Shown: piece by piece, positions 1-9,006 of the stretch | How positions within the stretch are numbered: the first letter of the stretch is position 1 | Layout of the letters: every line of letters starts with the position of its first letter | IMG/VR virus record: IMGVR_UViG_3300042863_002358 | Coordinates: 1-28,372 of that record | Reading direction: 5' to 3' (one strand) | DNA: 28,372 nt | Source: a virus | Lineage: Duplodnaviria > Caudoviricetes | Translations under genes and position numbers: made by a program | The notes under the pieces: model-generated | The model's input: only the letters and a program-made list of their open reading frames with translations | What the model was told of the DNA's origin: nothing | The model's database searches: none

Positions 1-596
1 TGAAAGAAATTACCTACGCCATTTGGTGTGGATAGAATAATAGCCTTACCACCGGTGGACAATGTGTATTGTGCAGACAGCCATATTTCTTCAATGCCAT
101 CGATGAATGCAGCTTCGTCTATGATTAGTAGAGATAGAGCAGACGAACGACCGGATGTACCAGCAGAAGATGCCGCTTTGATTTCGGATCCGTTCTTCAA
201 CTTCAACGACAATCTATTGTCTTCAACCGCCGGAACTTTTAACCAACTTGGGAGATTGTCATTGGCAAAACGAACTTTGGTTACAATAGCTTTGGATGTT
301 TCTTGTGTAATACTCAAACACAATATTTGCTTGTCGCTGTGAAACGTCATTAACCACATCGAATAACCAGCGACGAGGGTAGTAATACCCATCTGACGAG
401 ATTTTAAAATAATATTTTGATTATATTTGACGAAATCTTCAAGAGCAACGTCTTGGAACGGGTATGTCAAAAACGGCAAAGTCCCACGCGTTGGATGTTG
501 AATTTTGACATACTTCTTCATGAAATATATCGGGTCTTTTAGACACTTCGCATATTCCAACTTGATTATATCTTTTAAATTTTGGGTGGTTGCCAT
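1..596 (-). CDS. terL: Terminase large subunit (T4 gp17-like), N-terminal ATPase part; runs off the window edge
   Basis: Manual translation from the ATG at 596: MATTQNLKDIIKLEYAKCLKDPIYFMKKYVKIQHPTRG..YPFQ (Q motif)..LKSRQMGITT (Walker A region)..LLIIDEAAF (Walker B)..ILSTPNG (coupling motif). It is missing from the ORF track because no stop lies in the window. Confidence 0.95.
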   Translation of the reverse strand, partial: MATTQNLKDIIKLEYAKCLKDPIYFMKKYVKIQHPTRGTLPFLTYPFQDVALEDFVKYNQNIILKSRQMGITTLVAGYSMWLMTFHSDKQILCLSITQETSKAIVTKVRFANDNLPSWLKVPAVEDNRLSLKLKNGSEIKAASSAGTSGRSSALSLLIIDEAAFIDGIEEIWLSAQYTLSTGGKAIILSTPNGVGNFF

Positions 597-597
597 A

Positions 598-987
598 TTA
601 CGCTTCTCCCAATTCGTCGTATCTCAAATACAACGGGGACGTATGATCAATGAATAAAACGTCTGGTATTTCTTCGTGTACATCATCACGAAACTGCCGA
701 GCCGATATGTCGAGTATTTTTCCTTCAACACTAACCCAGTCGTGATTCACTCTATATTCATCTCCGGAAGACTCATCGCATTCCATGTAATTCTCTGCAT
801 TGGGTTCATCTAATGTAAATTCGCCCATCACATGAATTGCGTTTATTTTGTATTTCGCCAGTTCTTCGGCTAAATCTTTAGCCATAACCGCACAATACCC
901 AAATGCGCTTGGATATTTGCGATTAACTCTTTCTGCAATCGCTAGTATTATATTATGTTGAGGCAAGAACTTTGTCAATTTCTGCAT
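598..987 (-). CDS. Small papain/transglutaminase-like fold protein with a putative Cys-His-Asp triad
   Basis: FGYCAVMA helix, followed by NHDWVSVEGKILDISARQF (H-x-W...D pattern typical of transglutaminase-like cysteine proteases). Overlaps the upstream gene by 35 nt. Confidence 0.6.
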   Translation of the reverse strand: MQKLTKFLPQHNIILAIAERVNRKYPSAFGYCAVMAKDLAEELAKYKINAIHVMGEFTLDEPNAENYMECDESSGDEYRVNHDWVSVEGKILDISARQFRDDVHEEIPDVLFIDHTSPLYLRYDELGEA

Positions 988-1591
988 TTGTTTTCTTCAG
1001 CTCTTTTTCAGCCGATTTTATTTTCTTCAAGCATGTAACAAAATCCTTATCTATTTTCTTAACCAAATCGTCGCGAGCTTCGTTGGACCATTCTTCAACC
1101 ATGCCCGTGGAATTTGCGTATGTAAGTGTCTTGGAATCTTCGGTTGCTAAGTAGTCTTTGCTTTCTTTTAGCTTTTGACGAATATCATTCAAGTAAGATA
1201 TTTCGTTCTCAATTAGTTTTTTGGTTTCGTACAATTTAAATTGACCTTTGATTCTGAGTTGAGTCTCTTCTTTAACTAAACAGTCCAAGCACTTATGTGT
1301 CTTGAAAAACATCTTGCGATCTTGTCTAGTTCCCCAACGAATTTCACAATTGCACGATGTGCATTTTTCATTTGTCTCGGCGCGTATAATGTCCATGACT
1401 CTGGTAACAGTTTGCGGTCCATTCTCTCTTTGAATCCATTGTTTACCAAGATGATCCGTCCAAGTCTCACCGACTTTGCGGATGATATACTTGTCTTTAT
1501 CACCAGTATATCCGACTTGTACGAATGGTCGCTCGCCCTTGAGCATTTTACCGACCATTTCTATATTTGACATGTTTTGACCGTGCTTCAT
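953..1591 (-). CDS. Hypothetical phage protein with a CxxC...CxxC zinc finger and C-terminal coiled coil
   Basis: 212 aa ORF with CTSC and CLDC motifs and a helical K/E-rich C-terminus; lies just upstream of terL. Confidence 0.75.
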   Translation of the reverse strand: MKHGQNMSNIEMVGKMLKGERPFVQVGYTGDKDKYIIRKVGETWTDHLGKQWIQRENGPQTVTRVMDIIRAETNEKCTSCNCEIRWGTRQDRKMFFKTHKCLDCLVKEETQLRIKGQFKLYETKKLIENEISYLNDIRQKLKESKDYLATEDSKTLTYANSTGMVEEWSNEARDDLVKKIDKDFVTCLKKIKSAEKELKKTNAEIDKVLAST

Positions 1592-1671
1592 AATATTTTA
1601 GTTATAACCTTTCCAATATATATGAACTCCCGTGGAGTTTTATACCAAAAACTACTTTATTTTATCCGCAA

Positions 1672-3750
1672 TCAGAGGGTAATACCGTCGATATCAACAA
1701 AAACTCGTTGATTCAATGGGAGATACGACTTGTTGTATATAAAGTTATATGAGCCGACACCGTATGCTAGTTTGTTGCTACCGTCGTATAATTCTGCTTC
1801 TATTTCAAACAGCTCGTTCCTCAGTGTATTTTTTATAGGGATACTTACGGCGAAGGTATCAACTGAATATGCAAGTGAATCATATGGTTTTATAGAAACC
1901 TCGGAAATGTTCCAACCTCCGGAAACCGGTACAAGTATTATGGTTCCAAATTTTGTATTTGATACAAAGAATTGGTTGGTGTAATTTCTATCGGCCCCAA
2001 AGTTATAATCTTTTCCAATATAACCTATCTGAGTTTTCTCGGCTCCGCTTAGGAAATACACATACATCTCGGACGAGTCGGTGTTATTCACTGTAGACTT
2101 AACATTCATTGAAAATTGATACAAAGAATTCCCGTTTAATTTTATCGGATTGCTATTGTGAGCGGATCCATTTATCAAGTTCTCTTGGGAGTTCACATAT
2201 GGAGTTAATACCGACGGTGTGGAAAAAGAAGAAGACGGGTATGCAAGTTTGTTGTTGAAAGCTTTATTGGTTGCGTACCAATATGATTCACTTACAATTG
2301 TTGGATACACATATGCGGCAGACCGAGATGATTCGATTGTATTATCTTTAAAAATTACATAGTCCGTCTTGCTAGAATTGTATGAGTGCGTAACAATGGC
2401 ACCGTCGATTAAAACGTTACTGCTCTGCGAAAAATGCAACGAGCCTCCACTCACAAGCCAGTATTTTGCCAAATGTTGAGACGAATAAAATTTACCTGCG
2501 TCCTCCACCAGCCCATTGTCAAACCCAGATCCGCGTATTAATTCGCGAGATTCAATTTTTCCTTCCGAAATCAAAACTTTGGATTGTGGGTAACTCAAAC
2601 TTCTACCGTATATTTTATAAGAATTAATCTTTCCACATAACACTCTCAATTTAGTAAAATCTAAATCCAATACAGATCTATAAACTTGTGGATTTTTTCT
2701 TGGTAGACTAAATGAAACATTTTCATATACTATCTCATATTGTCCAGAATCCAAACTCAAGCAATAAAAGTTCTTTTTGTGATACGAGTTTTGCTTTGTC
2801 GGATCGTTTGACACAACATACCCATGTATGTTTGTTAAATTATTCTTAGCATACTCAGAATCTTGGTTGGTTAATTCTATGATTTCGGACACCGTCACAA
2901 ACGGTATGTCTAGTAACAAAGAGTCCTTATTCACAACCTTTTTTATTTTTGCAATGAAATCTGTATTTAAAATTCCAACGTGTACCAAATCATACCCACC
3001 GAAATCAGAATAAACAAATTTTGACACACTTATGGATTTCAAGCGAATATCTTCACCCGTCATAACTGATGTGAATTCAGTTCCAGTATTTCTGTATATT
3101 TGATATATGATGTTGGAAGATTCTATGTTATAATCACCATTACTATTGTGCTTCGGTGTAACGGCAGTTGAATAGAAGCTTCCCGACGCAACGTCATATG
3201 GTTGCGACGGATACTCTGGGACACTGTATATTTTTGGTGTAGCAGTAAACTCTGGGTATTCAAAAAATCTGACCGCAGACGTGGTCGATGTTGACGTATC
3301 GATCAGTATCTTTCTCTTCCACGTGACGGTTCCGGTGGGCAATTCACCGGACGTTGGTGCCGAAATCAACGGAAGCTTTGTTGTGGTAGAAACTTTATAT
3401 GGAACATTTCTATAATATGCAATTTTTCCATCGTAGTTTCCTAGATCCGCCGCTGTAGAAACAATTTCAATGTATCCTATACCGGAATAAGCATCTTCCT
3501 CTACCTTGGTGTAGTAAGTCGTTCCATTTGGCGTAGAATCGCCATACTTGGCATCCTTCGCCCTAGCCAGTTGAGTAAACAACTTTGTCCCATCGGCAGA
3601 ATACACATTAACGCTGGCAGTTGCGTTTGGTAATATTCTATCGGTTGGATTTACGACAAACGAGTTCTTTCCTAAACCAAAAATGCTATCAAAGTTGGTT
3701 ATAAAAAAGAAATCGTTAGATTGCGGGTCTGTGTCTAGAATATCTGCCAT
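1672..3750 (-). CDS. Hypothetical protein, probably virion structural (beta-rich, tail/baseplate-associated)
   Basis: 692 aa, S/T/Y/N-rich beta-strand composition; preceded by the late-promoter motif at 3772-3780. Confidence 0.6.
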   Translation of the reverse strand: MADILDTDPQSNDFFFITNFDSIFGLGKNSFVVNPTDRILPNATASVNVYSADGTKLFTQLARAKDAKYGDSTPNGTTYYTKVEEDAYSGIGYIEIVSTAADLGNYDGKIAYYRNVPYKVSTTTKLPLISAPTSGELPTGTVTWKRKILIDTSTSTTSAVRFFEYPEFTATPKIYSVPEYPSQPYDVASGSFYSTAVTPKHNSNGDYNIESSNIIYQIYRNTGTEFTSVMTGEDIRLKSISVSKFVYSDFGGYDLVHVGILNTDFIAKIKKVVNKDSLLLDIPFVTVSEIIELTNQDSEYAKNNLTNIHGYVVSNDPTKQNSYHKKNFYCLSLDSGQYEIVYENVSFSLPRKNPQVYRSVLDLDFTKLRVLCGKINSYKIYGRSLSYPQSKVLISEGKIESRELIRGSGFDNGLVEDAGKFYSSQHLAKYWLVSGGSLHFSQSSNVLIDGAIVTHSYNSSKTDYVIFKDNTIESSRSAAYVYPTIVSESYWYATNKAFNNKLAYPSSSFSTPSVLTPYVNSQENLINGSAHNSNPIKLNGNSLYQFSMNVKSTVNNTDSSEMYVYFLSGAEKTQIGYIGKDYNFGADRNYTNQFFVSNTKFGTIILVPVSGGWNISEVSIKPYDSLAYSVDTFAVSIPIKNTLRNELFEIEAELYDGSNKLAYGVGSYNFIYNKSYLPLNQRVFVDIDGITL

Positions 3751-3771
3751 AAGTTATATATACGCTTATGG

Positions 3772-3780
3772 TATAAATAT
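3772..3780 (-). promoter_or_regulatory. Putative late promoter ATATTTATA
   Basis: Ends 21 nt upstream of the ATG at 3750; the same motif recurs before 8 genes. Confidence 0.7.
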
Positions 3781-3783
3781 TCG

Positions 3784-6700
3784 TTACTTACTATTATCGA
3801 CCTTACTAAACCCGTTTTCTTTCTTAATCTCCAAATGCTTGTTGACCATATCTCGCATTGCATCCAAATGGCTAATGATTATTATGAAGTCAAAATTGGT
3901 CTTCAAGTAATCAAACAGTGAATGTATCATCGCGATATTGTCCGCGTCCAGTGCACCAAAACCTTCGTCCACGATCAAGAACGGTGCACGTGGTAGGTTA
4001 CTAATGTTTATTAGTGCCACGCGAAGTGCCAATGAAGAAACAAACCGTTCCATTCCAGAGCAAAGTTCCAGCGGCCACTTTTTGTCTTCATATCTTATAA
4101 AAACATTCACGTTTTTACCATCCGTTTCAATACTCATGCTAAACTCCACGATTTGAGACAAGATATTGTTGACTTCGTTTTCAATTCTAGGAACTGCATC
4201 GGATATGATTCTGTATGGAATACCGTCCTTGCCGACTGCATCTGAATAATATTGATATGCTCCATATTCTTCTTCCGCTGCCTCAACTTCTTCAATTCTC
4301 TTTTGTAAAGATGCAACTTGGTCAGTAAACGAAACTTTCTTGCTGTATGCAGATGTGTATTCAGATTCTGCCGATTTTTTACTCTGCGACAAATTATATA
4401 ACTCGGTGGTTAGTTTTTCTATAGCGGAACGTATGATTTTATTTTTTTCTATTACTTCCTTGGATTTTTCATACAGTTCTATTGCCGCTGACAATTCGTT
4501 TATACGAGTTGTTGCTTTTTCAATAAGCATCAGTGCGTTAGCCTTTTCCAAGTCTTTCTTAAAATATTGAGTCTCGGCAGTTGTCTTTTTGTTTGCAATA
4601 CCCAAATATTTCTCTCTGGACTCGGTAGAGGACTTGAGAGTTGATACTTCAGATGCAAGTGTTTCAATTGAGGTTTTCAATTCCACCACTTGTTTTTTGT
4701 CTTCAACCAAACCTTCGCGTGCAGCCATTGCATCTTTTACGAATACATTATCGCAACAATATTTGCAATTTGGGTCATAGCTATGCGACTCCAAGTGTTT
4801 GATCTTGGACAATTTGGTTGCCACCGAGTCTTTTAATCTATTCAATGCAATTTCTTGCTTGTTTAGTAAAGACGATTTTGAACTGTAAGATTTATAATCC
4901 GCGTCTAATTTTTCTGGGTCGTATATCGACAATTCTTTTTCGATTGTAACTTTTGATTCCGTTAGCAATTTTAAATCTCTGACGATATTTTCGACGTTGG
5001 ATTTAGCCGCAACCAACTTAGACTCCAAGTCTAGTTTCTCAGTTTTCAATTTCTCGACGTTGGTTGGGACATTATCGACGTTGACTATTTTTAATCTTTC
5101 GTCGTCTATTGATTTCTTTACCCTGTCCATATCAACTTCAAATTTTTCTTTCTGAGAAGATAAGTCTGCAATCTTCAATTCCAACACTTCCAATATAGAT
5201 TTTGTATCCAGTATTTTTTTGGACGTGTCTTCCTTATTAAAAGCTTTAATTATACCGGATAGATCTCTTGATTGATCGTTTGAGACTTTATGCAAAGAAT
5301 CAAATATATTTAAGCCGATGAATTGAGATAACAATTCTTTTCTTTCGGTTTGACCCATTTCTATGAATGAACCTTGGTTGCCCTGTAATGCAAGTGAAGT
5401 TAACACAAAATCTTCATAGTCACCGAGGTAGTCTCGTATTATTTCATTTGTGCTACGACGAGCTTCACTGTTCAGTGAAATTTGCTCGGAGTTTACTATC
5501 TTGTAGAAATTTACATCAACCTTGACGTTGTTCTTCTTGTCACGAGTACCTTTTCTTTCTATGACGTACTCCGTTCCATTGATTTCAAATGTAAATTTAC
5601 CAGTAAATGTATTCTTCTGCGAATTCATCACATGCACCGCTTTAAAAGCGCGAGAACTCTTATCAAACGCCGTGAAACACAGAGCATCCATCAACGAGGA
5701 CTTTCCGCTTGCGTTTGCCGCAAACAATCCATACACGTCGGATAACTTTGTGAAATCAACCACGTTGTCTTCCCCGTAGCTGAACATATTGGAGAATTCG
5801 AACTTTACTGGCTTCCATCGTATACCTTTGGACGCATTTCCACCGACAACAAGATCATTTATTTTCTTGTTTATGGTTTTTACGGAATTCACTGTATCAT
5901 CGTCCATGACCTCCGAGTACTTGTTTTTTAGGTAGTCTTCGAGAAGTTTATTTTGATATTCTACATCAGAAATCTTATTCAGGTTTGTCTGAATCTGTGA
6001 ATTTATCTGTTTTGTTACATCGTCACTATCTACACGCACAAATACCAATTCGGTAACATTTTTAGCAACTCGAATTTCGGACACGATGCGTTTGATATCG
6101 GTTGCCACACTTTCTCTACATCTGACCCGCAACTTTGGCTTAGGTGGCATATTTGATATATCAGTCATCAACTTGCCGTCATCAATATCAATCGTGAAAT
6201 AGCCATAGTCATTTTGTATTTCGACGTGCCTGTATGTTCTATTTTTTACATCCCAAAGAGAAAAGCCGTGACCAAGCAATGCTTCGCCATGATTTTGTTG
6301 TATGCACGATCCCGCATAGCGAATTATTGGAGATTCGGTTGCGCGATTGTACTCTTGTAAGTTTTGGGCCAAATGGATATCGCCCAACAGTGCCATATCA
6401 TGGCCATCAAACATCTCATTCATGACACTCTTGTTGGTTATGGTATAACCAATATCCGTCTTGGCATCAAAGACACCGCCGTGATACAGAGCAATTTTTG
6501 TATCAAACTCGGTCTTGATTTTCTTGGAGACATCCTTCATTTTAATGAATGAAATATGATCTTCAAAAATGGACATGTTATTGAATAGCAAGTTGGCAAA
6601 TGAATATAGCTTGCTTTCTTTTAAATAGTATAAATCTTTGTGTGCCAGATTATCTACAATTGGAGATATACTATCCAACCGAGTAACGTTGGTAAGCAAA

Positions 6701-6993
6701 CAGTCGTGATTACCGGGTATAATGATGGTGGGGCGAAGATCGGCACAATTTTTAAGAAGATCGCTCATGAGCTGAACACACTCGGGTGAAAGGTCAACTT
6801 TGTTATGCGTTAAATCTCCAGCTATAACAATCAGTGTGTTTGACGGTGTATTCTTTATTTCTCCGTAAACTTTTGCAAAAACTTCTCTGTATTCGTCGTG
6901 CCGCTTGGTAAGCCGAACGTGAATATCGGCCATATGAACAATGCAATCTACGTGCGTTAGTGTTGTATTGAGTTTTTCGTATGTGTCTATCAT
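3784..6993 (-). CDS. sbcCD: Mre11-Rad50 (SbcD-SbcC; T4 gp47-gp46-like) fusion nuclease/ATPase
   Basis: N-terminal metallophosphoesterase motifs ADIH, AGDLTH, PGNHD, LGDIH, YAGS. Then Walker A NASGKSS, Q-loop ALQG, long coiled coil with central CKYC zinc hook, signature CSGME, Walker B/D-loop IVDEGFGALD and H-loop IISH. Confidence 0.95.
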   Translation of the reverse strand: MIDTYEKLNTTLTHVDCIVHMADIHVRLTKRHDEYREVFAKVYGEIKNTPSNTLIVIAGDLTHNKVDLSPECVQLMSDLLKNCADLRPTIIIPGNHDCLLTNVTRLDSISPIVDNLAHKDLYYLKESKLYSFANLLFNNMSIFEDHISFIKMKDVSKKIKTEFDTKIALYHGGVFDAKTDIGYTITNKSVMNEMFDGHDMALLGDIHLAQNLQEYNRATESPIIRYAGSCIQQNHGEALLGHGFSLWDVKNRTYRHVEIQNDYGYFTIDIDDGKLMTDISNMPPKPKLRVRCRESVATDIKRIVSEIRVAKNVTELVFVRVDSDDVTKQINSQIQTNLNKISDVEYQNKLLEDYLKNKYSEVMDDDTVNSVKTINKKINDLVVGGNASKGIRWKPVKFEFSNMFSYGEDNVVDFTKLSDVYGLFAANASGKSSLMDALCFTAFDKSSRAFKAVHVMNSQKNTFTGKFTFEINGTEYVIERKGTRDKKNNVKVDVNFYKIVNSEQISLNSEARRSTNEIIRDYLGDYEDFVLTSLALQGNQGSFIEMGQTERKELLSQFIGLNIFDSLHKVSNDQSRDLSGIIKAFNKEDTSKKILDTKSILEVLELKIADLSSQKEKFEVDMDRVKKSIDDERLKIVNVDNVPTNVEKLKTEKLDLESKLVAAKSNVENIVRDLKLLTESKVTIEKELSIYDPEKLDADYKSYSSKSSLLNKQEIALNRLKDSVATKLSKIKHLESHSYDPNCKYCCDNVFVKDAMAAREGLVEDKKQVVELKTSIETLASEVSTLKSSTESREKYLGIANKKTTAETQYFKKDLEKANALMLIEKATTRINELSAAIELYEKSKEVIEKNKIIRSAIEKLTTELYNLSQSKKSAESEYTSAYSKKVSFTDQVASLQKRIEEVEAAEEEYGAYQYYSDAVGKDGIPYRIISDAVPRIENEVNNILSQIVEFSMSIETDGKNVNVFIRYEDKKWPLELCSGMERFVSSLALRVALINISNLPRAPFLIVDEGFGALDADNIAMIHSLFDYLKTNFDFIIIISHLDAMRDMVNKHLEIKKENGFSKVDNSK

Positions 6994-7925
6994 AATATTT
7001 TAAGTTCATTTATCAGAGTGGGTTCGTCAAACGTAGTTTCTTTCACCCGAAAGAACTTACACTTCAAGTGCTCTTCTATTTGTTTTTGTCTGACTGTATC
7101 TTTTTCTTTTAAGGTTCCATCAATGTTATAATGATGTGGTTCATCCCATTCAATCGCTATATTGCGGATTGATTCGTAATAGTCAAGCCAATATCCAAGT
7201 TCCGGAATAAAATGTTCTCCCCCATTCATTGCGTGTTTACCATCCCAACCAAGTGCTATGTTTATATTATCAAACACTTTACAGGCGGATTTATTATAAG
7301 AAGGGAGCATTTGATGTCCGTTGTATTTGTCTTCTTCTATTTCCTTTATCCTCTTCAGTCGTAACACCGTTTTTGTTTTTTCTGAAAATGTTGGACCTGG
7401 TATTTTATTTCGCATTCTTGTTTCGCTTATTTTCTTGCGAGTTTCCAACGTATGATGTTTCCCATACATTCCATTGTTTTTCCCCGTATTGCTTTCTTTT
7501 AGACGCGCAACGGTTTTCGCTGAGTGCTTTTTTCCAAGCATGGGATGTATATATTTTTTATGTCTTTTAATGAGTCCCTCGCTGACATTTTTTCTTTGTT
7601 CTTCGGTCATTTTTGTTCCACCCATGTATGGGAGTTTGTACCCAGAATCCATTCTTTTTTTAGAATGGCACGACCGACATAAAGATTTTTTATTTTTACC
7701 ATTTTGGTATCCACGCTTTGACTCGTATATCAGCAGTTTATTACACTTCGGGCAATGTCTCACTCTTTTCTTTTGATTTCCAATAACGATCCATTCGGTT
7801 TTCACAGACAAGTGTTCTATGACGACTATAGTATAACTTTGCTCGCTTCCGATTGTTTTCTCGGATTGACTCTGCGGTTCTTGTTTTTTTTCTTCCCATG
7901 ATGATGTTGTATTTGTATTGTTCAT
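6990..7925 (-). CDS. Free-standing homing endonuclease: Zn finger, NUMOD3 repeats and a C-terminal Vsr/DUF559-like (EDxHD-type) nuclease domain
   Basis: CPKC...CRSC; NUMOD3-like repeats HPMLGKKHSAKTVARLKES and NGMYGKHHTLETRKKISE; C-terminal YWLDYY..NIAIEWDEPHHY..D..RQKQIEEHLKCKFFRV. ATGA overlap with sbcCD. Confidence 0.8.
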   Translation of the reverse strand: MNNTNTTSSWEEKKQEPQSQSEKTIGSEQSYTIVVIEHLSVKTEWIVIGNQKKRVRHCPKCNKLLIYESKRGYQNGKNKKSLCRSCHSKKRMDSGYKLPYMGGTKMTEEQRKNVSEGLIKRHKKYIHPMLGKKHSAKTVARLKESNTGKNNGMYGKHHTLETRKKISETRMRNKIPGPTFSEKTKTVLRLKRIKEIEEDKYNGHQMLPSYNKSACKVFDNINIALGWDGKHAMNGGEHFIPELGYWLDYYESIRNIAIEWDEPHHYNIDGTLKEKDTVRQKQIEEHLKCKFFRVKETTFDEPTLINELKIL

Positions 7926-7930
7926 ATGAA

Positions 7931-7939
7931 CATAAATAT
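7931..7939 (-). promoter_or_regulatory. Putative late promoter ATATTTATG
   Basis: Ends 5 nt upstream of the endonuclease ATG (7925). Confidence 0.65.
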
Positions 7940-7943
7940 ATGT

Positions 7944-7968
7944 TGTTAGAACAAAAAGTGTTAGAACA
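7944..7968. repeat. Direct repeat of the quasi-palindrome TGTTAGAACA (2 copies, 15-bp period)
   Basis: Copies at 7944-7953 and 7959-7968, just upstream of the endonuclease promoter. Confidence 0.75.
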
Positions 7969-7988
7969 TACTTTTTATATTTAAAATA

Positions 7989-8969
7989 TTATTTCCCCAA
8001 TCTTAGCATCATAATACCTCTGAAGTCAAGGTAATCAGTGTTTTTAATTGCATACATTGTTTTTTCAAACCCCAAAACGTTTGGATCTTTACCCTCCAAC
8101 CTTACTAGCTTAACTCGCTTACCAAGACTAAGTAAGTATTCCGCTATATCCATAGAACTTTTAAGTGCATCATCGTCCAACACAATGTTGATTTCTGGGC
8201 AGTTGTTAGAAATTATAGCGGACTTTAAACTCGGACTCATGGTTTTGCCAAACAACGGAACGGCATTCCTCCTCAGTGATATCGCGTCAAGTGCACCTTC
8301 ACAGAGGTGTATTGGATAAGAAAAATCTACTAGATTTTCAAATCCTATGATATCCTTGGATGTTTCACTGTTTTTGTATTTTAGTCCGTTGCCATCGTAA
8401 TAGCTTCTGCAAGAATAGAAATTTAGATGGTTCTTTGCGTCATACGAAGGAAATACCAGTCTGTTTGCAAATGGACCGGAATTGCAATATCCTATATTAT
8501 ATTTTATAATATCTTGATTACTGATCTTTCTCTTCTTTGCGTATGTTATTGCGTGTTTATAACCATAGCTACCATCGTCGTCAAATAGTCGTTTAAATTC
8601 ACCCGGAAAGGAGACCTCCGGTACGTCGGACTCAACTTCGTCTGACTCTAGCTCCATTACAATCTGGTCTGAGAAGTTTTCATTTGATACAAACTTTGGC
8701 TCTGGTCGTCCCACTATTTTCTCCAATGCAGAAAACTCCGTCTGACCCGCTTTCATCTTCTGTAGAAGTGAAAATAGACCAACGCCTTTAGCGTTACATA
8801 CCCAACAGTGCCATTGATATGGACTTTCGACGCGAACTTCCAGTTTTCGCTTGTGGTGATTACAAAATGGGCAAAAGTACTGTAAGTTATTATCTTTCCG
8901 TTTTTTGCCGGATTGTTTTAGGGTGTTGTCCACAAACCCTATGAGATCTAGTACTTTTAAAGTTGCCAT
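7989..8969 (-). CDS. DNA primase (DnaG/T4 gp61-like)
   Basis: Zn-binding CPFCNHH...WHCWVC; RLVFPSYD; KYKNS; TOPRIM motifs CEGALDA and LDDDA; KDPN. Confidence 0.92.
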   Translation of the reverse strand: MATLKVLDLIGFVDNTLKQSGKKRKDNNLQYFCPFCNHHKRKLEVRVESPYQWHCWVCNAKGVGLFSLLQKMKAGQTEFSALEKIVGRPEPKFVSNENFSDQIVMELESDEVESDVPEVSFPGEFKRLFDDDGSYGYKHAITYAKKRKISNQDIIKYNIGYCNSGPFANRLVFPSYDAKNHLNFYSCRSYYDGNGLKYKNSETSKDIIGFENLVDFSYPIHLCEGALDAISLRRNAVPLFGKTMSPSLKSAIISNNCPEINIVLDDDALKSSMDIAEYLLSLGKRVKLVRLEGKDPNVLGFEKTMYAIKNTDYLDFRGIMMLRLGK

Positions 8970-8978
8970 TAACCTGCC

Positions 8979-9006
8979 AGTGTGCAGATTTAATTAAACT
9001 TGTCAA
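8979..9006 (-). promoter_or_regulatory. Possible sigma70-type promoter for primase
   Basis: Perfect TTGACA on the minus strand (9006-9001), 16-nt spacer, then a weak -10 CACACT ending 9 nt before the primase ATG. Confidence 0.35.

Noticed and set aside
1625-1639. AACTCC-CGT-GGAGTT hairpin as an intrinsic terminator
   Set aside because: The stem is only 6 bp and there is no U-tract on the coding strand.
6990-7988. Group I intron or intein hosting the endonuclease
   Set aside because: Primase and SbcCD both look complete, the flanks are too short for a ribozyme core, and no intein splice motifs are present.
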